The notes below the pieces were generated by a model. That model saw only the letters and a list, made by a program, of their open reading frames with translations. It made no database searches and was not told where the DNA came from. This document shows, piece by piece, positions 1 through 9,408 of a stretch of 64,000 bases of DNA (position 1 is the stretch's first letter; the number at the start of each line of letters is the position of its first letter). The DNA is from Ignavibacteriota bacterium (GTDB lineage: Bacteria; Bacteroidota; Ignavibacteria; UBA10030; UBA6906): contig JACRFA010000109.1 in assembly GCA_016218065.1 (NCBI GenBank), positions 9,624-73,623 on the forward strand, read 5' to 3'. A program made the translations under genes and the position numbers.

Positions 1-184
1 GCTCACTTTCGATTGCGAAAGATTTTTGTGTTGGAGAATTTCTTGAGCAGAGCGTGACGCATTCTCATGAAAAGCGCTATTGCAACTGCCATCACAAATT
101 CGGAGATTGCACCCGGAGAGCAATAGCGATTTAGCGAAGAACGCGTGCTTCTCCCAGCTGCAATGGTGAAGAAAGGAATCAAGC

Positions 185-424
185 ATGAGTACTGCGGTGA
201 GAAAAATACTAGATGACGCAATGATGCTCTCATTAACGGAACGTGCCCGGATCGCAGAAGAGTTGCTCACCAGCCTTGATGACCAGGTTGACGAAGATGT
301 TGAGAAGGCGTGGCAAGCGGAGATTGGTCGGCGCATCGATGAAGCCGAATCGGGTTTAGTGGAGTTCATTCCTTGGGAGGAGATGTTCGCTACGTTGAGA
401 GCAAATGCCCGCACAAATAGCTGA
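185..424 (+). CDS. addiction-module antitoxin-like small protein (TIGR02574-type 'putative addiction module component')
   Basis: 79-aa acidic helical ORF. 'LSLTERARIAEELLTSLDD...DVEKAWQAEIGRRIDE' matches my memory of the ParE/RelE-associated antitoxin family. A toxin-like remnant overlaps its 3' end. Confidence 0.6.
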   Translation: MSTAVRKILDDAMMLSLTERARIAEELLTSLDDQVDEDVEKAWQAEIGRRIDEAESGLVEFIPWEEMFATLRANARTNS

Positions 425-500
425 AGTCCACCCCGAGGTGTACAAGGAAATTCTAACTGCCGTTCCACTTCAGTGTTCCCTGACCGCACTTTTGACATGA
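405..500 (+). pseudogene. RelE/ParE-like toxin remnant (31 codons)
   Basis: The ATG at 405 overlaps the antitoxin 3' end by 20 nt. Translation MPAQIAEVHPEVYKEILTAVPLQ... resembles toxin N-termini (xFHPEAxxELxEAxxWY). The frame stops after 31 codons, and its TGA overlaps the recQ ATG (ATGA at 497-500). Confidence 0.35.
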
Positions 501-2701
501 ACCCTGAACCGCTCAACCTGCTCTCCCTTCTCAAACAACACTTCGGCTACACTTCTTTCCGTCCGTTGCAGGAAGAGATTATCCGTGACTCGCTTGCCGG
601 CAAGGATGTCTTTGCGTTGCTCCCGACCGGCGGCGGCAAATCGCTGTGCTTTCAACTTCGTGCGCTTGCGCGCCCCGGACTCACGCTGGTGATCTCACCG
701 CTCATTTCGTTGATGAAAGACCAGGTGGATCAGTTGCGCGTGAACGGCATTGCGGCAACGTTTCTCAATTCGTCGCTTCATCCGCACGAAGCGCAAGAGC
801 GAATCCGGGATTTGCGCAACGGCGTGTATCGCTTGCTCTATGTAGCGCCGGAGCGCGCAATGCTCTCAAGTTTTCTGGACGACATCAAGAACTGGCGCGT
901 CAACCTGATTGCGGTCGACGAGGCGCACTGCATCAGCGAGTGGGGACACGATTTCCGTCCTGAGTATCGTCAGCTGCTTGAGTTGCACAGGGTGTTGCCG
1001 ACAGTTCCCTTCATGGCCCTCACCGCAACGGCAACGCAGCATGTTCGCGACGACATCATCACGTATCTTCATCTCAAGACCCCGTCGTGTTACGTGGCAA
1101 GTTTCAACCGCCCGAACCTGAGCTACAAAGTCCTGCCAAAAGTTGACGCGTACATGCAGCTGTTGACGTTTCTCCGATCCCGGCAGCATGAGAGCGGGAT
1201 CGTCTATGCGCAAAGCCGGAAATCAACGGAGACGCTTTCCGAAAAACTGAGAATGGATGGGATTGTTGCCGCTCCGTATCATGCTGGCATGGAAGCGTGC
1301 GATCGAACGAAGAACCAGGATCTGTTTCTGCGGGATGAAGTGCGTGTTATCTGCGCGACCATCGCGTTCGGCATGGGCATCAACAAATCGAATGTCCGCT
1401 TCGTGGTGCATTACGATCTGCCGAAGAACATCGAAGGCTACTATCAGGAAACGGGGCGCGCCGGTCGCGATGGATTGCCTTCCGATTGTTTGCTGCTGTT
1501 TAGCGGCGGCGATGTGGTGAAGCAGCTGCACTTCATCGACGAAAAGGAGAATGCGCGCGAGCGCAGCATCGCGAAAGCGCAACTCGACCAAATGGTGCAT
1601 TATGCCGAAAGCGCCGAGTGCCGACGTTCGCTGTTGCTGGAATATTTCGGCGAGCAATATCCGGATCCGACGTGCGACGCCTGCGATAATTGCCTGATGC
1701 CGCGCGCAATGTACGACGGGACGATTGATGCGCAGAAATTTCTTTCCTGTGTCTATCGCCTCAAGGAAAAGAGCGGCTTCAACGTCGGCGTTCGGTATGT
1801 TGCCGAAGTGCTGACCGGAGGGGACACGGAAAAAATCCGGAAGTGGAATCACCAAACACTTTCCACGTACGGCATTGGAAAAGACCGCACGCGCGAAGAA
1901 TGGATCTCTCTCGGACGCGAATTGCTGCGGCTTCGCCTTCTGCGGAAGATAGATGCCGACGGGTTTCCGGTGATCGAAGTGACGCCGCATGGGATGGAGA
2001 TGGTGAAACAGCGGAAGACGATCATGCTCACGAAGCCACTCGAACCCGAAAAGACGCTGAAGGCGGAGCAACAGGTACAGGAATATGACATTCAACTCTT
2101 CGAGACTCTGCGTGCGTTGCGCAAGCGATTGGCAGATGAGCGCAACGTCGCGGCATTTGTCATCTTCTCCGATGTCGCGTTGCGCGACATGGCGCGGCGC
2201 TATCCCGCAACCGAGACTGAATTCAAGCGCATCAGCGGAGTGGGGGAGAAAAAACTGAAAGACTTTGGCGAAGTATTCATGTCGGAGATAGGAGAATATC
2301 TTCGTTCACATGCCCGCCAGGAATTTGCGAAGGAAGAAACTACCCGGCCAACATCGGGGAGCAAATGGCTGAACGAAACAACGCGCGCAACTCTCGCTCT
2401 CTTTCGACGGGGAAAGACCGTTGCTGAGATTGCAGCGGAGCGGGAGCTTCAGGCGAGCACCGTTCGCGGACATCTCCTCGCGGCTGTCAATGCAGAAGAA
2501 GAAATCGATCTCGACCAACTGATGACGGCAGAAGAACAGCAACAGGCAGTGGACGCGTTTGCGAAATTTGGATTTGGCAATTTGACGGGTGTGTTTGAGA
2601 TGTTGGAGGAGCAGATCGACTACACGACGCTGAGAATCTTTCGCGCGGTCAATCAGAAAACGGCGAGGAACTCACAGAACGGAAGAATGGTGAAGCGGTG
2701 A
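497..2701 (+). CDS. recQ: ATP-dependent DNA helicase RecQ with extra C-terminal HTH-like tail
   Basis: ORF 473..2701 begins at a GTG; the first ATG is at 497 (MNPEPLNLLSLLKQHFGY). Motifs: 'LLPTGGGKSLCFQL', 'VDEAHCISEWGHDFRPEY', Zn-binding 'CRRSLLLEYFGE..CDACDNC', HRDC 'FVIFSDVALRDMARRYP..ISGVGEKKL'. It ends with about 130 aa carrying an HTH-like 'GKTVAEIAAERELQASTVRGHL'. Confidence 0.93.
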   Translation: MNPEPLNLLSLLKQHFGYTSFRPLQEEIIRDSLAGKDVFALLPTGGGKSLCFQLRALARPGLTLVISPLISLMKDQVDQLRVNGIAATFLNSSLHPHEAQERIRDLRNGVYRLLYVAPERAMLSSFLDDIKNWRVNLIAVDEAHCISEWGHDFRPEYRQLLELHRVLPTVPFMALTATATQHVRDDIITYLHLKTPSCYVASFNRPNLSYKVLPKVDAYMQLLTFLRSRQHESGIVYAQSRKSTETLSEKLRMDGIVAAPYHAGMEACDRTKNQDLFLRDEVRVICATIAFGMGINKSNVRFVVHYDLPKNIEGYYQETGRAGRDGLPSDCLLLFSGGDVVKQLHFIDEKENARERSIAKAQLDQMVHYAESAECRRSLLLEYFGEQYPDPTCDACDNCLMPRAMYDGTIDAQKFLSCVYRLKEKSGFNVGVRYVAEVLTGGDTEKIRKWNHQTLSTYGIGKDRTREEWISLGRELLRLRLLRKIDADGFPVIEVTPHGMEMVKQRKTIMLTKPLEPEKTLKAEQQVQEYDIQLFETLRALRKRLADERNVAAFVIFSDVALRDMARRYPATETEFKRISGVGEKKLKDFGEVFMSEIGEYLRSHARQEFAKEETTRPTSGSKWLNETTRATLALFRRGKTVAEIAAERELQASTVRGHLLAAVNAEEEIDLDQLMTAEEQQQAVDAFAKFGFGNLTGVFEMLEEQIDYTTLRIFRAVNQKTARNSQNGRMVKR

Positions 2702-2716
2702 CGCGCTTGACAATCC

Positions 2717-5700
2717 TTACCGAAACAACATCTCGACGTCGTTTTTCGTCAGCGATTTCACGAAGCCAGAGTCGGTGGAGATGATGCTCTTCACCAATTC
2801 CTTTTTCTTCTCCTGCAACGCGAGGACTTTTTCTTCGACGGTGTCGCGGGTGATCAGCTTATAGGCGAAGACATGTTTGGTCTGCCCGATGCGATGGGCC
2901 CGGTCAGTGGCTTGCATCTCGACGGCGGGATTCCACCACGGGTCGTAGTGGATAACATAATCGGCGGCGGTGAGGTTGAGCCCCGTTCCGCCAGCTTTCA
3001 GACTGATCAAAAACAGTTTACGATTCTCGTCGTTTTGAAACCGATCCACGCATATCGCGCGATCCCGCGTGTGTCCGTCAAGGTATTCGTACGCGATGCC
3101 TTTGCCGTCAAGCTCTCTTCGCAGTACCTTCAACATCCGCACAAACTGTGAAAAGACCAGCACTTTGTGTCCCTCGGCGAGGATGTCGTCGATCATTTCC
3201 ATGAATGCTTCGAACTTACCGCTCGAGCCGGAATACTTGGCATCCACGAGCGAGGGATGGCAACAGACCTGCCGCAGCTTCATCAGGCCCTCTAACACTT
3301 TCATTTTGCTGCGTGCAAAACCCACCGACTCGATGCTTCTCAGAATAGCCCGGCGATAATACTCGCGCCAATGATCGTACGTGGAGCGTTGGGCGGGATC
3401 CATGTCGCAGTACGTCACGGTTTCCACTTTCGGGGGCAGCTCGCTTGCAACGGTCTCCTTTGTGCGTCGCAGTATGAACGGAAAGACGATGCGTTTGAGA
3501 GAGTGCGAAGCGGTTTCGCTCTTGTGTTTCTCTATTGGCTTCGAAAAGTGCGTCGCGAATGCACGCTCACCTCCGAGCATTCCCGGATTGAGGAAACAGA
3601 ATTGCGACCACAACTCCATCAAGTTGTTCTCCACCGGAGTTCCAGTCAGGGCCAGTTTGTGACGAGCGCGAAGAAGCCGAGCCGCCTTTGCGTTGACCGA
3701 ATCATGGTTCTTGATGTTTTGAGATTCGTCGAGAACAACATAGAGAAACTCTCGCTGCCTCAATGCTTCGATGTCGCGGCGCAAGATGCCGTAACTCGTA
3801 AGAATGACGTTGTACGAATCGAGCGCATCGACGTGTGAGTGTCGCTCTGTCCCGGAATACACAAGCACGCGCAGTGAAGGCGTAAACCGTTCCGCCTCTT
3901 TCTTCCAATTAAACAATGGCGACGACGGCACGACAATCAACGAGGGAAGAGATTCGCCGTTCTCATAACAATGCTGCAACAGTGCAAGCGCCTGCACGGT
4001 TTTGCCGAGTCCCATATCGTCGGCGAGAATGCCCCCGACGCCAAATGCGCGCAAAAAGTGCAGCCAGTCGTACCCGGCTTTCTGATATGGACGCAACTCG
4101 CCGGTGAAGCCGGTCGGCGCCGCAACAGGCTCGATGTTTTTGAACGATTGGAATTTTTTCCGCAACTCATGGAATGCCTCATCGCAGTTTACCTCTTCCG
4201 CGCTCTCGAGCAGCGTATCCACCATGCTCACGTGCGCACGCGAAAATCGCAAAGTGTCTTCCGACAGCTCGAACATCGCCAGCGTCTGGGAGAAGCGATC
4301 CATCCATTCCTGCGGCAGCACACCGTAACTGCCATCGCCGAGACGAACATAGCGGCTCTTGTTTACCACCGCCTTCACGAAAGCATCGAGCGACGCGTCC
4401 GTTCCGGAAAACTTCACATCGACAGACATGTCGAACCAATCTATGCCCGACGAAATCGCGAAGCGCATGATCGGTGCCTCACGGCGCAGCTTGTGCGCCT
4501 GAAGCTCGTCTTGTCCGAAGACAAAGAATCCTGCTTCCTGAAGTTTCGGAATCATCGTCAGCACCCAATCGAGCGGTGGGATGGCGGGAACATACAGGAG
4601 GCGGGAATCGTCGTCCATCATCTGCTTGAGAGAAAAGTCGAGCAGGTTCGCCTGAAATGTCGCCTCGAGGTCGCACTTGCGGGTCAGATGCACAGACTCG
4701 ATGCCGACTTGCACCAGTTGCGCTTCTGTTGTCAGAAGCCGCGGAACTACAGGTGGCGGCGTGCAGGCAACCTCGACATCGGCGTACGCGAAACGGAGTT
4801 CCACGGTAAGCGCGCCTTCCGTTTCAGTGAGATAGATTCGGGGAACGGGATCGGCGCGAACCGTACGCATGTTGTGAAGTTCCGACCGGACCTCATACCG
4901 CGACAGTATTTGCGGCATGATGGTGTTCAAAAACGTTTCGCGTCCGGCAGAAGGAACAAGGACGCGCATCCGCTTTTGTTTAAACGCCTGAAGCTCGGCG
5001 TAGCGAACTCCGTGAACCTTGAACAGCTCACCTCCCAGCAAGATCCATAGCGGATCGCTGATGATGACAACGACGTCAGAACCCAGTGGTGTGACAGAGC
5101 CGTTACGCTCCAACTCGGGCTGCAACACGATTCCCCCGTCAGTTTCAGAAACTGAAACGCGCCAGCGTGCCGGTTCACTGCTGACACAGATGCTCTTCCC
5201 CAACAGGTTTTCCCCCGACTCCAAATACAGTTCTTTTCCTGCCAGCAACAACAGTACATCGTTCCAATCATGGCGGGGACTCTCCCATGGACTGTAATAC
5301 CCCCGAGAAGCATAAGGACTGTGGTAGTCGTCGTCATCATCATAGTAGGCATTGCTGCTGTCGATCCTCTCCTCGCTAACATAGTTACGAAACGAATGTT
5401 GAATGCGAGAAACGATCAGCCGGTCTGTTAAGTCGAAATGAACACCGTCATGCAAATCAAATTGTTTGAGGACAGTGGGCGTTGCATCACCTCCGCCTTT
5501 CAGTTGCTTCACGCGCACAGGTACGAGTTCGCGTTCTGGGCCTGACACCCGGAGCGAATACGCGAGCCGCCATGGTTTTTGGGTTTGAAACGAAGGTGCG
5601 GCCACCGTCGCCTGCGATGGCAGCAACGCCATGAGATCCTTTTTCCATGAGGGTGTTTTCGGTGGTTTTTGTTTTGGTGCTTTCACGGCCGCCAGGTGTG

Positions 5701-5998
5701 GCCAGGGGATGATGTTGGCGCCAACGCGCGTTCCGTTGCTTTCCATCGCCGCGAACATCACGGCTACGATATGTTTGCACGCATCATCCCAATCGTACGG
5801 ACAGGTGCATGAGCAATCGAACACGTTGTCGTCTTGATACAGCTCCACTTCGTACCAGCGTGAGCCGTGCACCTTGGCGAAAATTTCGGTCTCCGTTGCC
5901 TGCTGGATGAAGACCTTCTTTTGGAGAAAATATTCTTTGCCGCGACGGATAATTTTCGGCGCAGCAAAATCTCTAATCTGATTGAGGGTGATGAGCAT
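2717..5998 (-). CDS. SWIM zinc-finger / SNF2-family helicase
   Basis: ORF 2717..6106; the likely start is the ATG at 5998 (MLITLNQIRDF). SWIM finger 'CSCTCPYDWDDACKHIVAV'. SNF2 motifs 'LADDMGLGKT', 'VLDESQNIKN', 'HYDPWWNPAVEMQATDRAHRIGQ'. Confidence 0.9.
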   Translation of the reverse strand: MLITLNQIRDFAAPKIIRRGKEYFLQKKVFIQQATETEIFAKVHGSRWYEVELYQDDNVFDCSCTCPYDWDDACKHIVAVMFAAMESNGTRVGANIIPWPHLAAVKAPKQKPPKTPSWKKDLMALLPSQATVAAPSFQTQKPWRLAYSLRVSGPERELVPVRVKQLKGGGDATPTVLKQFDLHDGVHFDLTDRLIVSRIQHSFRNYVSEERIDSSNAYYDDDDDYHSPYASRGYYSPWESPRHDWNDVLLLLAGKELYLESGENLLGKSICVSSEPARWRVSVSETDGGIVLQPELERNGSVTPLGSDVVVIISDPLWILLGGELFKVHGVRYAELQAFKQKRMRVLVPSAGRETFLNTIMPQILSRYEVRSELHNMRTVRADPVPRIYLTETEGALTVELRFAYADVEVACTPPPVVPRLLTTEAQLVQVGIESVHLTRKCDLEATFQANLLDFSLKQMMDDDSRLLYVPAIPPLDWVLTMIPKLQEAGFFVFGQDELQAHKLRREAPIMRFAISSGIDWFDMSVDVKFSGTDASLDAFVKAVVNKSRYVRLGDGSYGVLPQEWMDRFSQTLAMFELSEDTLRFSRAHVSMVDTLLESAEEVNCDEAFHELRKKFQSFKNIEPVAAPTGFTGELRPYQKAGYDWLHFLRAFGVGGILADDMGLGKTVQALALLQHCYENGESLPSLIVVPSSPLFNWKKEAERFTPSLRVLVYSGTERHSHVDALDSYNVILTSYGILRRDIEALRQREFLYVVLDESQNIKNHDSVNAKAARLLRARHKLALTGTPVENNLMELWSQFCFLNPGMLGGERAFATHFSKPIEKHKSETASHSLKRIVFPFILRRTKETVASELPPKVETVTYCDMDPAQRSTYDHWREYYRRAILRSIESVGFARSKMKVLEGLMKLRQVCCHPSLVDAKYSGSSGKFEAFMEMIDDILAEGHKVLVFSQFVRMLKVLRRELDGKGIAYEYLDGHTRDRAICVDRFQNDENRKLFLISLKAGGTGLNLTAADYVIHYDPWWNPAVEMQATDRAHRIGQTKHVFAYKLITRDTVEEKVLALQEKKKELVKSIISTDSGFVKSLTKNDVEMLFR

Positions 5999-6142
5999 CG
6001 GAAGGGATCTCGAAGTTGTTGCCGATGACAAAATAGAAAAATGACGGGGGAGAATCAAGATTCCGACGTAGCAACACTGGCTTGTTGCCAACGAATGTTG
6101 TACCATTGGCTACCACAGTCGCTGATCGCCGGTCCGGCATCC

Positions 6143-6610
6143 ATGAATTCCATCTTCGAGAGCATAAAGCACCTGCTCGCTTCGTACTGCGTGGAGTTTC
6201 GCGAAGTTCACCACGAGCCGACGCGAACGTCTGAGGAATCCGCGAGGGCGCGAGGCGAAAGCGTTGCGATCGGCGGCAAAGCGATTCTCATGAAGGTCGA
6301 TGACGACTTCAAGCTCTTCGTCATCAGCGCCGCGAGGAAAATCGATTCGCGCAAAATCAAAAAACTCTTCTCGGCAAAGAGGCTGCGCTTTGCCTCAAGC
6401 GACGAATTGCTGCAGCACACCGGGCTTGTGCCTGGTTCAGTGCCGCCGTTCGGCAATCCGATTCTTCCGTTCGATCTCTTCATCGATGTCTCGATTGAGC
6501 AGAACGAGAAGATCGCATTCAATGCCGGCTCGCTCACGGATTCGATTATCATGAACACTGCCGACTACCTTCGTGTCTCCGGCGGTCGCGTGCTGGAGTT
6601 TAGCGAGTAA
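6143..6610 (+). CDS. YbaK/ProX-type aminoacyl-tRNA trans-editing (deacylase) domain protein
   Basis: ORF 6041..6610; the probable start is the ATG at 6143 (MNSIFESIKHLL). About 155 aa with 'GGKAILMK' and 'LVPGSVPPFG', typical of YbaK-like domains as I recall them. Confidence 0.7.
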   Translation: MNSIFESIKHLLASYCVEFREVHHEPTRTSEESARARGESVAIGGKAILMKVDDDFKLFVISAARKIDSRKIKKLFSAKRLRFASSDELLQHTGLVPGSVPPFGNPILPFDLFIDVSIEQNEKIAFNAGSLTDSIIMNTADYLRVSGGRVLEFSE

Positions 6611-6709
6611 GTGTCCCCAAAAAGAAAGTTTGCCGATACAGCTCTTGCACATTAGCGCCAAGTATAGTATCTATTTGTCAACCAACATCTCGCACATAAG
6701 GAGTGAGCT

Positions 6710-7534
6710 ATGAAATCCCCCAAGCTGTTCACCCGTTTTCTTTCCGTCACCGTTGTTGTGATCGCGTCCTTCTTCCTTTCGACGTGCAGCACGAATCCCG
6801 TTACCGGCCGTAAGCAACTCACGCTCATTCCGTCAGGTGAAATGCTCGGCATGAGCTACTCGCAGTACGATCAGTTCCTCAAGGAAAACAAGCTCAGCAC
6901 AGATCAGCAGGCAACGCAAATGGTAAAGCGCGTCGGATCGCGAATTCAGAAATCCGTTGAAACCTACGCGGCAGAGAAAGGTTGGGCGAAGCAGCTGGAA
7001 GGCTACAAATGGGAATTCAATCTCGTTGAAGACAAGCAAGTGAACGCGTGGTGCATGCCGGGCGGCAAAGTTGTCGTGTACACGGGCATCCTTCCTGTTA
7101 CGAAAGATGAAACCGGGCTTGCGGTTGTGATGGGACATGAAATCGCGCACGCGGTTGCAGAGCACGGCAACGAGCGCATGAGTCAGGGCCTGCTGGCAAA
7201 TCTCGGCGGCATGGCGCTTCAGGAAGCGGTCAAGAACAAACCGGAGCAAACGCAGTCGCTGTGGATGGCGGCGTTCGGACTTGGCGCGCAGTTCGGCGTG
7301 CTGCTCCCGTTCAGTCGTTCGCAGGAAAGCGAAGCCGATCAGATGGGATTGATCTTTATGGCGATGGCGGGTTACGATCCATCACAATCAGTTACGTTTT
7401 GGGAACGCATGGGCGCGAGCGGAGGAGCGGCGCCGCCGGAGTTCATGAGTACACACCCATCGCATGAGACGCGCATTGCCGATCTCAAGAAGCAGCTCCC
7501 TGAGGCGATGAAGTACTATAAGAAGCAGAATTAG
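6710..7534 (+). CDS. M48-family zinc metallopeptidase, lipoprotein
   Basis: AGGAG upstream of the start. Lipobox-like 'FFLSTCS'. HExxH 'GHEIAHAVAEHG' with downstream 'SQESEADQMG'. Confidence 0.85.
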   Translation: MKSPKLFTRFLSVTVVVIASFFLSTCSTNPVTGRKQLTLIPSGEMLGMSYSQYDQFLKENKLSTDQQATQMVKRVGSRIQKSVETYAAEKGWAKQLEGYKWEFNLVEDKQVNAWCMPGGKVVVYTGILPVTKDETGLAVVMGHEIAHAVAEHGNERMSQGLLANLGGMALQEAVKNKPEQTQSLWMAAFGLGAQFGVLLPFSRSQESEADQMGLIFMAMAGYDPSQSVTFWERMGASGGAAPPEFMSTHPSHETRIADLKKQLPEAMKYYKKQN

Positions 7535-7544
7535 ATTTCGCGTC

Positions 7545-8069
7545 ATGCCTCAACTCGACTTCATCTCGCTCTTTCCAATTCTGCTGGGAGGTATGCTTCT
7601 CTTCTGGGGGCGGAAAGTGTTTTGGCTCTTCGTCGGCGCGGTGGCGTTTGTCGTTGTCATGACAACCGCGCCGAGGCTCATACATCATCAGGAGTCGTTG
7701 ATCTTCTACATCGCTGTCGCCGTCGGCGTGATTGCTGCCGTCGCGGGATTCTTTCTGCAGAAAGTTGCGGTGCGCATTGCCGGCTTTGTTGCCGGCGGGT
7801 ATCTGCTGTTCAGTGTCTGGGAAAAATTTGCGCCGCTGAGTACGTTACCTTGGTGGCTGCCGTTTCTTGTCGGCGGAATTCTCGGCGCTGTGTTGCTGTC
7901 GTTTCTGTTCGAGTGGGCGTTGATCGTGCTCTCGTCGCTTACGGGGGCATACCTCATTGTGCACAACCTGAATCTTGATTCGAATGTTTTCGTCGGCGCG
8001 TTTGTCGTGCTCGCGCTCATTGGCATTGTCGTGCAGTCGAGAGCGAAACGGAAAAAAGGACAAGAGTAG
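7545..8069 (+). CDS. multi-pass membrane protein of unknown function (possibly DUF4203-like)
   Basis: 174 aa with about 5-6 hydrophobic segments and a basic C-terminal tail. It starts 10 nt after the M48 peptidase gene. The family assignment is uncertain. Confidence 0.55.
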   Translation: MPQLDFISLFPILLGGMLLFWGRKVFWLFVGAVAFVVVMTTAPRLIHHQESLIFYIAVAVGVIAAVAGFFLQKVAVRIAGFVAGGYLLFSVWEKFAPLSTLPWWLPFLVGGILGAVLLSFLFEWALIVLSSLTGAYLIVHNLNLDSNVFVGAFVVLALIGIVVQSRAKRKKGQE

Positions 8070-8181
8070 CGCCGAAGCACTGTTCCCGTTTTTCTCTATC
8101 AAGATTCAAACATCGTAGCGACTTTTTCGTATCTTGTTTCGCATTGGAAATTGAAACGGGAGAGTCATCATCGTTCTGAGA

Positions 8182-8979
8182 ATGTGGAACTTCGTCGGCG
8201 ATCGTGCCGACTTGTTGAATGAGCGCTTCAAGAGCTTCGTGCTCACGATGCAGGAGTTCTTCTTGTTCTCGATGCGCACGTTCCGCAACGTCAAGTATAT
8301 CCACCGCTACCGCAACGAAATCCTCACCCAGATGTACGTCAGCGGCACGGAATCCATCCCCATTATCTTTGTCAGTTCACTGGCCATTGGCTGCTTGCTG
8401 ACGGTTGAAGTCGGCAACCAGCTTGAAGGCTTTGGCGCGAAGCTGTTGACCGGAAGAACGACCGCGCTTTCCGTTATTCGCGAAATGGGTCCCATCGTCA
8501 CGGGCTTGATGCTCGCGGCGCGTGTGGGTGCGCGCAACGGCGCCGAACTTGGCGCCATGCAGATCTCCGAGCAAATCGACGCGCTGCGCGCGTTCGGCGC
8601 CGACCCGATTGCGCGGCTCGTCATGCCGCGGCTTGTCGCTGCGCTCGTGATGTTCTTCCCGCTCACCGCGCTCAGCGATTTCGTCGGGCTCGTCGGCGGC
8701 GGATTGGTTGCTCAAGCCTATCATCACATCGATCCCGGCTTCTACTGGAACTCGGCGCTCAATCTGCTGATCGTCAAGGATTTTGTTGTGGGAGCGATCA
8801 AGCCGTTCGCGTTTGCTTTCATTATAACACTCGTAAGTTGTTTCAATGGATTTTCAGCGCAAGGCGGAACGGCCGGCGTCGGTCGCTCGACGATCAAAGG
8901 CATTGTCGTGTCGTCAGGATTGGTGTTGGTTGCGAACTTTTACATCTCCAAGTTGGTGTTGGAGAATTTGAATTTTTAG
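8182..8979 (+). CDS. mlaE: MlaE-family ABC transporter permease
   Basis: 265 aa. 'EMGPIVTGLMLAARVGA..ELGAMQISEQIDALRAFGADPIARLVMPRLVA' is the characteristic MlaE/Ttg2B core. Confidence 0.88.
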   Translation: MWNFVGDRADLLNERFKSFVLTMQEFFLFSMRTFRNVKYIHRYRNEILTQMYVSGTESIPIIFVSSLAIGCLLTVEVGNQLEGFGAKLLTGRTTALSVIREMGPIVTGLMLAARVGARNGAELGAMQISEQIDALRAFGADPIARLVMPRLVAALVMFFPLTALSDFVGLVGGGLVAQAYHHIDPGFYWNSALNLLIVKDFVVGAIKPFAFAFIITLVSCFNGFSAQGGTAGVGRSTIKGIVVSSGLVLVANFYISKLVLENLNF

Positions 8980-8986
8980 ACCACAC

Positions 8987-9029
8987 ACCCTGAGCGTGTT
9001 GCAGCGAAGGGTCTGGATGTCGGGGTCTA
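8987..9029. repeat. short REP-like element 'ACCCTGAGCG..GCGAAGGGT.TGG.TGTCGGGGTCTA'
   Basis: Starts 8 nt after the mlaE stop. Other copies lie at 9348..9390, 12174..12205 and 27166..27200, with an inverted core at 9317..9337. Confidence 0.8.
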
Positions 9030-9035
9030 ACTCTA

Positions 9036-9262
9036 ACAGGCTGTTGAAAAAGGCTCTCATGTCATTCCGATGGAGCGCTTCGACTTCGCTCAGCACAGGC
9101 TGCGCGACTGAGGAATCTCTCTCTTTATCAGATTCTCCCGAGGGGATGCCTTCGGCACTCACCCCGCCAGAGAGCGTCGGGGTTCGTCCTGCCGAAGGCA
9201 TCACTTCGTGAGAAGGACTCCTTTGGGGGAATGACATTGACCTCAGTTTTTTAACAGCCTGC
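9036..9262. mobile_element. MITE-like element, family copy B (227 bp)
   Basis: Terminal inverted repeats (TIRs) ACAGGCTGTTGAAAAA / TTTTTTAACAGCCTGC, with TA on both flanks (9034-35, 9263-64). The left ~85 nt are nearly identical to copy C (33382..33547). There is an internal 13-bp inverted repeat (IR) GATGCCTTCGGCA/TGCCGAAGGCATC. Confidence 0.75.
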
Positions 9263-9316
9263 TAAAAGCAACGGTGGCGTCTGATCAAGAAGTACTTTTA
9301 CCATTGTAGGGAGGAT

Positions 9317-9390
9317 ACCCTTCGCTGCGCTCAGGGTTTCATTCTACACCCTGAGCGTTTTGTGGCGAAGGGTATGGTTGTCGGGGTCTA
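9317..9390. repeat. REP-like pair: inverted core (9317..9337) plus direct copy (9348..9390)
   Basis: 'ACCCTTCGCTGCGCTCAGGGT' is the reverse complement of the core. It is followed by 'ACCCTGAGCGTTTTGTGGCGAAGGGTATGGTTGTCGGGGTCTA', which matches 8987..9029. Confidence 0.8.
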
Positions 9391-9408
9391 GCGAACTCAG
9401 GGTTTAAC

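Noticed and set aside
3-233. 76-aa minus-strand ORF at the window edge.
   Set aside because: It has no motifs, overlaps the antitoxin start, and its composition is not coding-like.
8914-9237. ORFs 8996..9211(+), 8914..9237(-) and 33245..33523(-).
   Set aside because: They are translations of MITE/REP copies. The shared peptide 'RDSSVAQPVLSEVE.LHRNDMRAFFN.LL' arises from the shared DNA repeat.
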